The notes under the pieces are model-generated. The model did not search any database and was not told where the DNA came from. It saw only the letters and a list, made by a program, of their open reading frames with translations. Of a stretch of DNA of 64,000 nucleotides, positions 55,214-64,000 are shown in pieces. The position numbers were made by a program, and so were the translations under genes. Source of the DNA: an uncultured virus (IMG/VR IMGVR_UViG_3300034072_002247) (Duplodnaviria; Heunggongvirae; Uroviricota; Caudoviricetes); IMG/VR virus record IMGVR_UViG_3300034072_002247; one strand, 5' to 3'. Each line of letters starts with the position of its first letter. Within the stretch, counting starts at the first letter, position 1.

Positions 55214-58200
55214 TTAATCCATATAAACTCTTAATGTTTGACCAGCTCTTGTACTTAAACCTGTAACACAATTATCATACTGATATGAATCACCATATAT
55301 ATCAAAAATACTTCCTGTTTGGTTACATCTTACACCATTAATATATATTTGTTTATTTGAATAAAGACCATCTGGAGTCCCTGTTGGGAATACTAAATTA
55401 GTATTGTAAACTACTTCATATAAGCTTACTATTTCATATCCACTATAAATATAACTAGATAAAGCGCCTGCTAGTTGTGCAGACCAACTACTTCCACCCG
55501 GAGCATCTTTGATATATCCAAAAGCGTAAAGATTATAATAGCTAGTATAGTATTGTCCTATATATAAATTTCTTAAGTTTCCTACACCTACTATCATATT
55601 TTGAGCAGCAGATGTTCTTGTAACTCCATTTAAAGTTTTAGTTGCACTAAAAGAATATGTATATTCACCTATTAATGATGGTGCATTATTTGGAACATTC
55701 TCTACTAGTGTTGCGCCACTTGATAATGTAGCTGATGGATTTAAAACAGCCGATTTAGAAACATTTATAAATGAACTTGTAGAATTTATAGTTGGATTTG
55801 ATATAGTAGGATCAGATTCAACTATTACATTTCTTGTTGTTGTTGAAGTTACACCAACAGAGTTTGTTGCAGTTATTGTATAAGTGTAAGTTCCTGCTGC
55901 TGTCGGTGTAATATTAACGGATGTCGCAGTTCCTAAATCAACGTCAGTAGTTGAAATTCCTGAAGCAGCAGAGTTGGATCTTATTTTATAATTAACTGCA
56001 TCTGAAGCACTATAACTCATTGTAAATGCAGCATTAGCGAATACGTTACTTGGCGCTGTTGTTGCTCCAAATACTGGTGCTGCTATAACATTTACAACAA
56101 CACTTCTTAATGTGCTAAATCTTGAAACAGAGTTTAAAGATTTAGTAGCAGCAGCATAATAAGTGTAAGTACCAGCAGTTGCTGGTGCTGCACTTGGTAA
56201 TGTTGCATTTGTAGTGTTTCCACTGTCTCTGCCTTGTAATGTTGCACCAGTGCTAAAACCTGAACCAGCAAATGTTAATGCAGCACTTGGTGAAACATTA
56301 ATATTAGTTCCAGCATTTACTGTAAATCCAGTAAATGTTGGATTTGCTTCTACTGTTACGTTTCTTGTTGTAGTTGTAGTTACTCCAACGTTGTTAGTTG
56401 CAGTTATAGTATAGGTATAAGTTCCTGCGGCTGTTGGTGTTATATTAGTTGAAGTAGCAGTTCCTAAATCAACATCTGTTGTAGCTACACCAGAAGCTGC
56501 TATATTTCCACGAATCTTATAATTAATAGCATCACTAGCACTATAAGATAAAGTAAATGCCGCATTAGCAAATACATTGCTTGGTGCTGTAATAGTACCA
56601 AATACTGGAGCATCGATTACATTTACAACAACGTTTCTTAATGCACTATATCTTGAAACGGAGTTTAAAGATTTAGTTGCAGCAGCATAATAAGTGTAAG
56701 TACCAGCAGTTGCTGGTGCTGCACTTGGTAATGTAGCATTTGTTGTATTTCCACTGTCTCTACCTTGCAATGTTGAACCAGAACTGAAACCAGTACCGGC
56801 AAATGTTAATGCTGCGCTTGGTGAAACATTAATATTAGTTCCAGCATTTACTGTAAAACCAGTAAATGTTGGATTTGCTTCGACTGTTACGTTTCTTGTT
56901 GTAGTTGTAGTAACTCCAGCAGAATTAGTTGCTGTTATTGTGTAAGTGTAAGTACCTGCTGCTGTTGGAGTGATGTTAGTTGAAGTAGCAGTTCCTAAAT
57001 CAACATCAGTAGTAGCTACACCAGAAGCTGCTAAGTTACCACGAATTTTATAATTTACTGCATTACTTGCACTATAGCTCATTGTAAATGCAGAATTAGC
57101 AAATACATTGCTTGGTGCTGTAATTGTTCCAAATACTGGAGAAGCAATCACATTTACTACAACGTTTCTTAAGGCGCTATATCTTGATATAGAGTTTAAA
57201 GATTTAGTTGCAGCAGCGTAGTAAGTATAAGTACCAGCAGTTGATGGTGCTGTCGCTGGTAGTGTAGCATTTGTAGTATTACCACTGTCTCTACCTTGTA
57301 ATGTAGCACCAGAACTGAAACCACTTCCAGCAAATGTTAATGCTGCGCTTGGTGAAACATTAATATTAGTTCCACTATTTACTGTAAATCCAGTAAATGT
57401 TGGATTTGCTTCTACAATCACTGTTTTAGTTGAATCAACTTTAGCATTTGCAGTGTTATATCCACTTAAAGTGTAAATGTAAGTTCCAGAATTTGTTGGA
57501 GTTGTGTTAGTGTTTAAAGAACTTCCTAAATCAACGGCTGTAGTTGGTATTCCAGAATCTGCATTATTAGATTTTATTTCATACTTTGAAACACCAGTAC
57601 CAATCCAAGATAATGTTAATGGAGAATTCGCAAAAACAATATTAGGGCCTGTAAATGAATCAATAACTGGTAATCCTACAACATTAACAGATAATGACTG
57701 ACTTACAGAATCACCGGCACCATTAAATGCTTCTAAAGTATATTGTGTAGTACCAGTAGTTGAAGATGCAACTAAATTTGTTGTTGTTTCGTTTATAATA
57801 TTTCCATTTAACTTGTAAGATACTGCATCTGAAACATCCCAAACGAAATTTAATGGGTCGTTTGGTGAAGCATCAATAGTAGTAGAACTTCCATTAATAG
57901 TGTATGAGTTAATAACAGCCTGATTATATACATTTATATTAATTGGACTAGAAGAAACAATTGTTCCATTTAAACTTGTTGATTCCAAAGTGAAATCAAA
58001 ACTTCCTGAATTATTAAACGTAATGTTTTGAGAGCCAGTAGGAATACCAGAAACAGAACCATATGGATTTAAATTTAATCCTTCAGAATCAGTCACATCC
58101 CAGCTAAAAGAAATTGAATCACCTTTGGTTATATTTAATTCAGATGCATTAAATGAATTTATAACAGAGTTATTTACAACATCAATAGTTAAATATTCAG

Positions 58201-58762
58201 TTGCATCTGCAATTCCTTCATAACCTTTTGCATTCAATCTAAATGTTGTATCAATTGTAGGATATACATCTAAATTTCCTGATAATGGTAATCCTGTACC
58301 GACTCCATTATCTATGTCAACATATTCAGCATTTTCAACATTCCAAGATAAATTAACTGGCTGACCTATGCCAATTCTTAATTTATCCGCATTAAAGGTA
58401 ATATTTTGGTTTGGTTGTATAACAGTTAAAAATAAATTTTCAATTTTCTTTTGAGAACCTTTTGTTACTTCTATTTCATAGTTTCTTGATGCTAAAGGAG
58501 ATAATGTAATAGAGCCAACTTTTCCATATTTACCTAGACCTTTTATATCAACTTCATTGGCATAATCATAATTCCAAGATAAAGTGGAAGAACCACCACG
58601 ATTTATAGAGTTAGGTGATAGAGAAATATTCCCATTGATGGGAGTTTCTTCCATTATAATTCCTTTTGGATCTAATGGAATAATTATTTGATAATCAGCA
58701 TAAGCAAAGTTAGCAAAAAAAATTGCTATATATAACTTTTTTATTTTTATATTAACTTTCAT
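55214..58762 (-). CDS. large secreted Ig-like repeat adhesin/fibre protein
   Basis: signal peptide ending FAYA; Thr/Ser/Ala/Gly-rich beta repeats (GTYTYT.TA.N); distinct aromatic C-terminal tip with two Cys. Confidence 0.8.
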   Translation of the reverse strand: MKVNIKIKKLYIAIFFANFAYADYQIIIPLDPKGIIMEETPINGNISLSPNSINRGGSSTLSWNYDYANEVDIKGLGKYGKVGSITLSPLASRNYEIEVTKGSQKKIENLFLTVIQPNQNITFNADKLRIGIGQPVNLSWNVENAEYVDIDNGVGTGLPLSGNLDVYPTIDTTFRLNAKGYEGIADATEYLTIDVVNNSVINSFNASELNITKGDSISFSWDVTDSEGLNLNPYGSVSGIPTGSQNITFNNSGSFDFTLESTSLNGTIVSSSPININVYNQAVINSYTINGSSTTIDASPNDPLNFVWDVSDAVSYKLNGNIINETTTNLVASSTTGTTQYTLEAFNGAGDSVSQSLSVNVVGLPVIDSFTGPNIVFANSPLTLSWIGTGVSKYEIKSNNADSGIPTTAVDLGSSLNTNTTPTNSGTYIYTLSGYNTANAKVDSTKTVIVEANPTFTGFTVNSGTNINVSPSAALTFAGSGFSSGATLQGRDSGNTTNATLPATAPSTAGTYTYYAAATKSLNSISRYSALRNVVVNVIASPVFGTITAPSNVFANSAFTMSYSASNAVNYKIRGNLAASGVATTDVDLGTATSTNITPTAAGTYTYTITATNSAGVTTTTTRNVTVEANPTFTGFTVNAGTNINVSPSAALTFAGTGFSSGSTLQGRDSGNTTNATLPSAAPATAGTYTYYAAATKSLNSVSRYSALRNVVVNVIDAPVFGTITAPSNVFANAAFTLSYSASDAINYKIRGNIAASGVATTDVDLGTATSTNITPTAAGTYTYTITATNNVGVTTTTTRNVTVEANPTFTGFTVNAGTNINVSPSAALTFAGSGFSTGATLQGRDSGNTTNATLPSAAPATAGTYTYYAAATKSLNSVSRFSTLRSVVVNVIAAPVFGATTAPSNVFANAAFTMSYSASDAVNYKIRSNSAASGISTTDVDLGTATSVNITPTAAGTYTYTITATNSVGVTSTTTRNVIVESDPTISNPTINSTSSFINVSKSAVLNPSATLSSGATLVENVPNNAPSLIGEYTYSFSATKTLNGVTRTSAAQNMIVGVGNLRNLYIGQYYTSYYNLYAFGYIKDAPGGSSWSAQLAGALSSYIYSGYEIVSLYEVVYNTNLVFPTGTPDGLYSNKQIYINGVRCNQTGSIFDIYGDSYQYDNCVTGLSTRAGQTLRVYMD
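55826..57418 (-). repeat. three tandem 531-bp (177-aa) coding repeats
   Basis: GATTTGCTTC anchor recurs at 56341, 56872 and 57403; boundaries approximate. Confidence 0.9.
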
Positions 58763-58880
58763 AAAAAATCCTTTTTCTTGTATTATAGTGTTTTTATTAA
58801 AATTTTCAATACTATATACTATTTTATATTTTTCATGATATAATAATATTATATAAACAAATTCAAATAAGAGGATAATA

Positions 58881-60068
58881 ATGAATCATTTAAGTTTAAA
58901 TTATAATGAAGTTCAAAAATTATTAATAGATAATGAAAATCAAAATATCTATTATGATAAAATAAAAGTTCAAGTTCAATATTCTGTTCTAGATAATAAA
59001 GGAAATGATTTTAAACAAATAGCAGAAGAAAATGGCTATGGTATAAAAATAAATGGAGTTGAACATATTATATTTTCAAATTCGTATGATGACTCTTCCA
59101 CACCATATATTTTAGTAGAAAAAAATTCAGAAAATATAAAATCTGTTAAAGTAATAGAGCAAGGTTTATTTTCATATGAAAGAGAGTTATCTATAGTAAA
59201 TAAATATATAACAAAAAAAATGGGTATTAATGGTAAGCCTTTTGGTAATAATGATGAATTAAATAATAAGTTATCAGAGCACTTAGAAACTCATAAAAAT
59301 AGATATTTAAAATCATTTAAAGAAGGTTTAATAGAAAATTTAAATTCTGTTATTGCTAGTGATAAAAACATTAAGTTTATAAATTTAAAAGATGATCATA
59401 TTCATGAAATGAATGATTTATTTATACAACATACTGATGAAATATTTTCTTTGTATAGTCAAGAATATAAATTTATAATGGAACAAGAAAGAAAAGACTA
59501 TTTAAGAAAACAAGAGTTAGAAAGAGAACTAAAGAAAAAATTAATGGAAGAAAAAGAAAAAGAAGCTGTTAAAGAACAAAATGAATTTTCTTTGTCTAAA
59601 TTTGGTTATTACACAGAGATTGAAACAGATTTAAAAAATAAATCAGTTGAATTAAATATATTCAATAAAGATAACTTAAAAACTTTTAATTATAAATTTC
59701 CTTTAACATTAAAAGAAGTAGAGTATTTTGATCAATCTACTGGATTAGATGAAGTTTTTTCATTTTATATTGTAGATAAAAAATTTGAAAACAATATAAA
59801 TAAATCAGATTATAAGAAATTTTATCATGCTATATTTGAATTGAAAGATAGTATATTAGTAGAAAAAAATCAATTAGAAGGATTAGATATTGTAGCTAAT
59901 AGAGATCTTTCTGATTTTGAAGGCACTGATAATGTTCTTTCTGTTGAAAAGAAAAATTCTTTATCTAAAACTATATACGAAAATCACTCTACAACTGATA
60001 ATAGACTAGTATATATAAATGAAGAAATGAAAGAAAAATTTAACAACAATAAATTAAAGATTAAATAA
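58881..60068 (+). CDS. hypothetical protein with central coiled coil
   Basis: AGAGGA SD; 395 aa; basic C-terminal tail. Confidence 0.7.
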   Translation: MNHLSLNYNEVQKLLIDNENQNIYYDKIKVQVQYSVLDNKGNDFKQIAEENGYGIKINGVEHIIFSNSYDDSSTPYILVEKNSENIKSVKVIEQGLFSYERELSIVNKYITKKMGINGKPFGNNDELNNKLSEHLETHKNRYLKSFKEGLIENLNSVIASDKNIKFINLKDDHIHEMNDLFIQHTDEIFSLYSQEYKFIMEQERKDYLRKQELERELKKKLMEEKEKEAVKEQNEFSLSKFGYYTEIETDLKNKSVELNIFNKDNLKTFNYKFPLTLKEVEYFDQSTGLDEVFSFYIVDKKFENNINKSDYKKFYHAIFELKDSILVEKNQLEGLDIVANRDLSDFEGTDNVLSVEKKNSLSKTIYENHSTTDNRLVYINEEMKEKFNNNKLKIK

Positions 60069-60106
60069 ATTTAATGATTAAAAAAATCCTCCATTTGGAG
60101 GTTTTT

Positions 60107-60400
60107 TTATTTAGCTAAACTTTTTATCTGATTGACTTCAGATATATATGCAACTATAGAGTTGCGACTTTTATTAATTAATATTTGGAATCTATCTAAT
60201 TCAATTTTTTGTTCTTCAAGTTTTTTAATTCCTTCAATAACAGAAAAATGATCTTTTCCTATATTAATTGCTTTATCTAAATAACTGAATAAACCTTTAT
60301 TATCTTCGTTTATTCTGCAACTTTTAAGAAAGTCGATTGATTGCTTCAATTGCAAACTCAATATATCAAAATCACTAACTAATTTACTCATACATATCAC
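60107..60400 (-). CDS. hypothetical protein
   Basis: 97-aa ORF followed by terminator 60083-60107. Confidence 0.55.
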   Translation of the reverse strand: MICMSKLVSDFDILSLQLKQSIDFLKSCRINEDNKGLFSYLDKAINIGKDHFSVIEGIKKLEEQKIELDRFQILINKSRNSIVAYISEVNQIKSLAK

Positions 60401-60536
60401 CTAATATAATATTCACTAACAATTTTAGTATACCTCATTTTTAAACAAATTCAACCTTTTGACAAAAAAATTAAAACTTTTAAAAATAAAAAAAGCCTTA
60501 TTTATCAAGGCTTTTTTAAATGCTGTTAAAAATAAA

Positions 60537-60776
60537 TTAAACTATTTTTATACCTTTTGTTGTATTAAAACTAGCCTTAATATCAGTGTTATCAACTATG
60601 TTTAATTTTTCAAAAATATTTTTTGGAAATATTTCTTCTAATGAAAAATTTTCTGTCTCTCCTAAAGATTTTAACTCTTTCAATAAATCTGGCATGAATA
60701 AATTTTCTTGTGTCTCTATAATATTTTTAAGAATTTTTGCGCCAGTTTCGGTGATGATTTGTCCTATCTTTTCCAT
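60537..60776 (-). CDS. hypothetical protein
   Basis: AAGGA SD; terminator 60490-60516. Confidence 0.6.
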   Translation of the reverse strand: MEKIGQIITETGAKILKNIIETQENLFMPDLLKELKSLGETENFSLEEIFPKNIFEKLNIVDNTDIKASFNTTKGIKIV

Positions 60777-60875
60777 TTTAAATTCCTTTTATTATTGTGC
60801 TATTTTTTTCATTCTATCATTAAAAATAATAAAAAAAAGATATTATTTTAAAAAAAAGTTAAATATATCAACAAT

Positions 60876-61121
60876 TTATTTATTTTTATGATTTTGAATA
60901 ATTATTTCTCTTAAATTTTTTATATTATTTATTATTAAATTTTCAATATTCTTGTCGTATTTATTATTTTTAAGAATGTTAAAATCATTTTTTATTTTTT
61001 CTATATGGTAGGCATATTTAATTAATCTTTTATGATTTATAGAATCTTTATTTGTTTTATTTATATTATTTTTTATAAAAGTTTCTATTTTATTTATTTC
61101 AGTGTTTATAACTTCTATCAT
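60876..61121 (-). CDS. hypothetical protein
   Basis: AAGGA SD; 81 aa. Confidence 0.5.
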   Translation of the reverse strand: MIEVINTEINKIETFIKNNINKTNKDSINHKRLIKYAYHIEKIKNDFNILKNNKYDKNIENLIINNIKNLREIIIQNHKNK

Positions 61122-61147
61122 TATTTTTTTATTCCTTTTTGATAATT

Positions 61148-61636
61148 TTAACTCATTTTTATAGGATAAACAAATACAATATAATTTTTGCCATCAATAG
61201 AATTTCTATAACAACTTATATTAGCAGTTGTATTTTCCGAATATTCTAAAACTGTTTCAGTCTTTGTAATATTTCCTATATTTAAAGACTTATTATTTAT
61301 TCTATTTTTTTCATAATCTAAACATTCACCATCACTTAAATTTGAATTAAAAAACACTCTTTCTGCTTTATTATTTTTTGTAAAATCATACTCTACATTA
61401 TTCAAACTCGGAATTGCTCCATTAAAATTTTTAATATTATTTATAGAATTAAAATCTTCATTTTGACTATCTGCTGAGTCAAGTATAATTCCAAAATCAA
61501 CATAATTTTGATTTATTTGAACTATTATTGATTTTCTGTTTAGCTCATAAAATGGCGTGTCTAAATAAGATACAGTTGATAATAACATAGCAACTGTCAA
61601 TGACAGTGCTATTATAGAAGTTAATAAAGCGTACAT
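61148..61636 (-). CDS. N-terminally anchored membrane/pilus-accessory-like protein
   Basis: hydrophobic MYALLTSIIALSLTVAMLL; C-terminal Cys pair. Confidence 0.6.
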   Translation of the reverse strand: MYALLTSIIALSLTVAMLLSTVSYLDTPFYELNRKSIIVQINQNYVDFGIILDSADSQNEDFNSINNIKNFNGAIPSLNNVEYDFTKNNKAERVFFNSNLSDGECLDYEKNRINNKSLNIGNITKTETVLEYSENTTANISCYRNSIDGKNYIVFVYPIKMS

Positions 61637-61691
61637 ATTTTTATTTTATTGTTTTTATTATTCTATTTCTTATATATTATTTTGTCAAAGT

Positions 61692-62120
61692 TTAATCTTC
61701 TGTAGAACTTAAAATATCACAAAGATCTATTAGTTCTTCAAAAAACTCTTCTAGTGAAAATCTTACATCTATATTTCTATAAATTACTTCAATTATTGAA
61801 ACTAAAAATGGATCATATTGATAATAAGAATTTAATTCATCAATTCTCTTTACTCTAAATATATGCTCTACTTCATCTTCAGCAACTTCTTCAAAAGGCT
61901 TTAATAACTCAAGAATATCTCCTAAAGTTTCTGGCACATCTGGATTGTCATTTAAAATTGTTTCAATAAAATAAGCATTATCTTCCCAATTTTCAGATGT
62001 ATCTTCTCCTTTTTCTAAAAGTAAATTATGATAATCAAAGAAACCATTCTTTATAATTTCTGAGTCACTGTTGCTTATAGAATCAAACTCAAAATTATTA
62101 ATTTCTTTCTTAATAGACAT
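61692..62120 (-). CDS. acidic hypothetical protein
   Basis: GGAGG SD; Glu/Asp-rich. Confidence 0.7.
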   Translation of the reverse strand: MSIKKEINNFEFDSISNSDSEIIKNGFFDYHNLLLEKGEDTSENWEDNAYFIETILNDNPDVPETLGDILELLKPFEEVAEDEVEHIFRVKRIDELNSYYQYDPFLVSIIEVIYRNIDVRFSLEEFFEELIDLCDILSSTED

Positions 62121-62276
62121 ACTTCCTCCATATATTTAAGACTATTATATTATTTATTTTTTTTATTTGTCAATATTTTTGAATAATTTTGCTTATACTT
62201 GTTTTTTAAAAACTAAATATAATTGTTTTTTTGTTTAAAATTTGATATAATTATCTTACTAAAATTGGAGTAGATT

Positions 62277-62831
62277 ATGAATGATGTCTTAAAACTTGAA
62301 AATTATTTAAAAAATAATGGTTATGATATTATTTCATCTTTTAAAAGTCCTTCTTCAATAATATTTAAATACAATAAAAAACAATTTATTAAATTTAATA
62401 AAAATTTAAAGAATATACCATTAAATAAATTTAAATTAAGAAATGGATATTGTTCAAATATTCAAGAAAAATCAATCGTATCTCATAAAAATTATGAATT
62501 TATAAAAAATGTTTATAATTATATTTCTAATTTTAACTATTTAATATTAGGTGCTGCTTTTTGTAATACATATATTGATATTGAAAGTTTAGATAAGTAT
62601 GCTTATTTAAAATTAGATACTGGTAATGAAATCTATTATTTATCTAATATAAATGAATTTCCAGAAAGGTTTGTGTTTAACAAAAAAGGAATTGTTAACT
62701 TTAATATTATTAGAATCGAAGAAAACAATTATAAAGAAATAATTGAAAACATATTTTTTTCAGAATTCAAAAGATATAATGAAAAAGCAACTCTTGAAGA
62801 TTTTAAATTAGAATTGATTAAAAACTATTAA
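62277..62831 (+). CDS. hypothetical protein (paralog-array member)
   Basis: ends LEDFKLELIKNY, like its neighbour. Confidence 0.7.
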   Translation: MNDVLKLENYLKNNGYDIISSFKSPSSIIFKYNKKQFIKFNKNLKNIPLNKFKLRNGYCSNIQEKSIVSHKNYEFIKNVYNYISNFNYLILGAAFCNTYIDIESLDKYAYLKLDTGNEIYYLSNINEFPERFVFNKKGIVNFNIIRIEENNYKEIIENIFFSEFKRYNEKATLEDFKLELIKNY

Positions 62832-62841
62832 GGATTAAAAA

Positions 62842-63477
62842 ATGTATAATGAAACTTTAAAAAAGTATTTAGATTATTTGATTTCAAATTTAAATAAAAA
62901 TAATGACATCTTTTTAGTTGAAAAGAAGTCTTCTGATTCTTTTGTTAAATATGAAGATGAAGAAAATGATATATTAGCAACTTTAACCACCTCAACTTTA
63001 AGATTTAGACATCAAAATAAAACTTTTCTTATTGAAGATAAAAGTTCTATTTTTGGAAAAATAAATAATACTGTATTTACAAGTCAAGAACTTCATTCTG
63101 ATCCTTTTAAAAACTTTCCAAACTTTTTCAATGATTTCTTGAGTTTGTATAACATAACTAAAAAACTATTTAGTTCACAATCTCTTATTACATATAATAT
63201 TATTTCTGGTGAAATCTATCATATTATTAGTTATATGTATCCTGATGAAATTGATAGATACTTAACAATAACTAATCATCCTGAATTATTAAGTTTTCAC
63301 AATACAAATATTAAACATATTATTCAAGATGATATTTTTGACATGCATTTTGTTTTAAATACTAACCATGAAAATTTTAAAAAAGATTTTAATGATTTTA
63401 AATTTAATGTATATAAAGAAGAGTTTCCAGAAAAAAATATCGATGATTTTAATTTAGATTTAATAAAAGAATATTAA
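62842..63477 (+). CDS. hypothetical protein (paralog-array member)
   Basis: ends IDDFNLDLIKEY; NTVFTS, YLTITNHPELL. Confidence 0.7.
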   Translation: MYNETLKKYLDYLISNLNKNNDIFLVEKKSSDSFVKYEDEENDILATLTTSTLRFRHQNKTFLIEDKSSIFGKINNTVFTSQELHSDPFKNFPNFFNDFLSLYNITKKLFSSQSLITYNIISGEIYHIISYMYPDEIDRYLTITNHPELLSFHNTNIKHIIQDDIFDMHFVLNTNHENFKKDFNDFKFNVYKEEFPEKNIDDFNLDLIKEY

Positions 63478-63488
63478 GGATTTTTATA

Positions 63489-64000
63489 TTGAATAGAAAT
63501 TTAAATAAATATTTTTCAGTTATACAAAAAAAATTAGAATACTCTAGTATAATTAAAAAATCTGATCTTTTATTTATAAAAGAAAAAAATTCATTAAAAT
63601 ATAAAGACGAAAGCAGAAATTTTTCTGTTACTATTACTAAAGAATGTTTATTCTTGACAGTTAAATTTAAATCTTTTTTTATAAAAACTAAATGTAGTGT
63701 CTTTGGAGATCTAAAAAATACAGTATTTACTTCTCCTGAATTTCATTTGGACGATTCATACTATTCTTTAGACTTTTCAACTTATTTTTCAAATTTATAT
63801 AATCTAACAGGAGATAAATTTATACCTGTAAAAACAATAACATATAACTTAAAATCATCTAAAATATATAATATAATACATTACCAATATCCAAATAAAC
63901 TTAATAGCTATTTAACGATTACTGATCATCCTGAATTACTTAAATTTCATAGCAAATACTTAATAAATTCAGAATTTAATAATGAACATTATATTTTAAA
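63489..64000 (+). CDS. hypothetical protein, paralog of 62842-63477, runs off the window
   Basis: AAGGA SD + TTG; NTVFTSPEFH and YLTITDHPELLKFH match the upstream paralog. Confidence 0.7.
   Translation, partial: MNRNLNKYFSVIQKKLEYSSIIKKSDLLFIKEKNSLKYKDESRNFSVTITKECLFLTVKFKSFFIKTKCSVFGDLKNTVFTSPEFHLDDSYYSLDFSTYFSNLYNLTGDKFIPVKTITYNLKSSKIYNIIHYQYPNKLNSYLTITDHPELLKFHSKYLINSEFNNEHYIL

Noticed and set aside
55826..57418. Diversity-generating retroelement template/variable repeats
   Set aside because: Repeats are in-frame coding units with mostly synonymous differences; no reverse transcriptase in the window.
1..64000. Genome-wide stop-codon reassignment as the cause of the in-frame TAA in pth2 and the HD gene
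   Set aside because: Long genes are intact in code 11 and TAA is the usual true stop; the internal TAA is confined to one repeated cassette.

Overview
Very AT-rich (by eye about 20-25% GC, not computed), gene-dense, mixed-strand DNA in the standard genetic code, with sigma70-type promoters and many intrinsic terminators. No rRNA, core chromosomal operons, virion structural genes, CRISPR array or transposase are visible. The content fits the accessory region of a jumbo phage or megaplasmid-like element of a diderm host, probably gammaproteobacterial (CsrB-like RNA, OmpA lipoprotein, ClpA, E. coli-type ArgRS, prepilin). It encodes nucleotide/NAD/CoA enzymes, exonucleases, GNATs, a polyvalent protein and a repeat adhesin, plus a large tRNA/translation-rescue toolkit: Pnkp-ligase fusion, second RNA ligase, Pth2, HD protein, YqeY, RlmN-like enzyme, ArgRS, a RING/TROVE-like/TerD protein and a tRNA array. 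The most striking signal is a set of apparent ribosome-read sensors on this toolkit. (1) A 15-codon leader whose run ATA-ATA-GCG-AGA-GCA-AGA-ATA matches the Ile2/Ala/Arg tRNA types encoded downstream, followed by a full terminator/antiterminator cascade. (2) An MKLRRF leader that pairs over the argS SD and AUG with its two Arg codons bulged out, in front of an ArgRS that has only five Arg residues, all CGG. (3) Two genes (pth2, HD) that share a 30-nt start cassette SD-ATG-TTG-TAA-ATT with an in-frame stop at codon 3. The tRNA array also hides two anticodon-less, circularly permuted tRNA-like RNAs (one a fused double tRNA) and two Ala-identity tRNAs with collapsed anticodon loops. All structures were folded by eye and protein families recognised from motifs; no searches were run.
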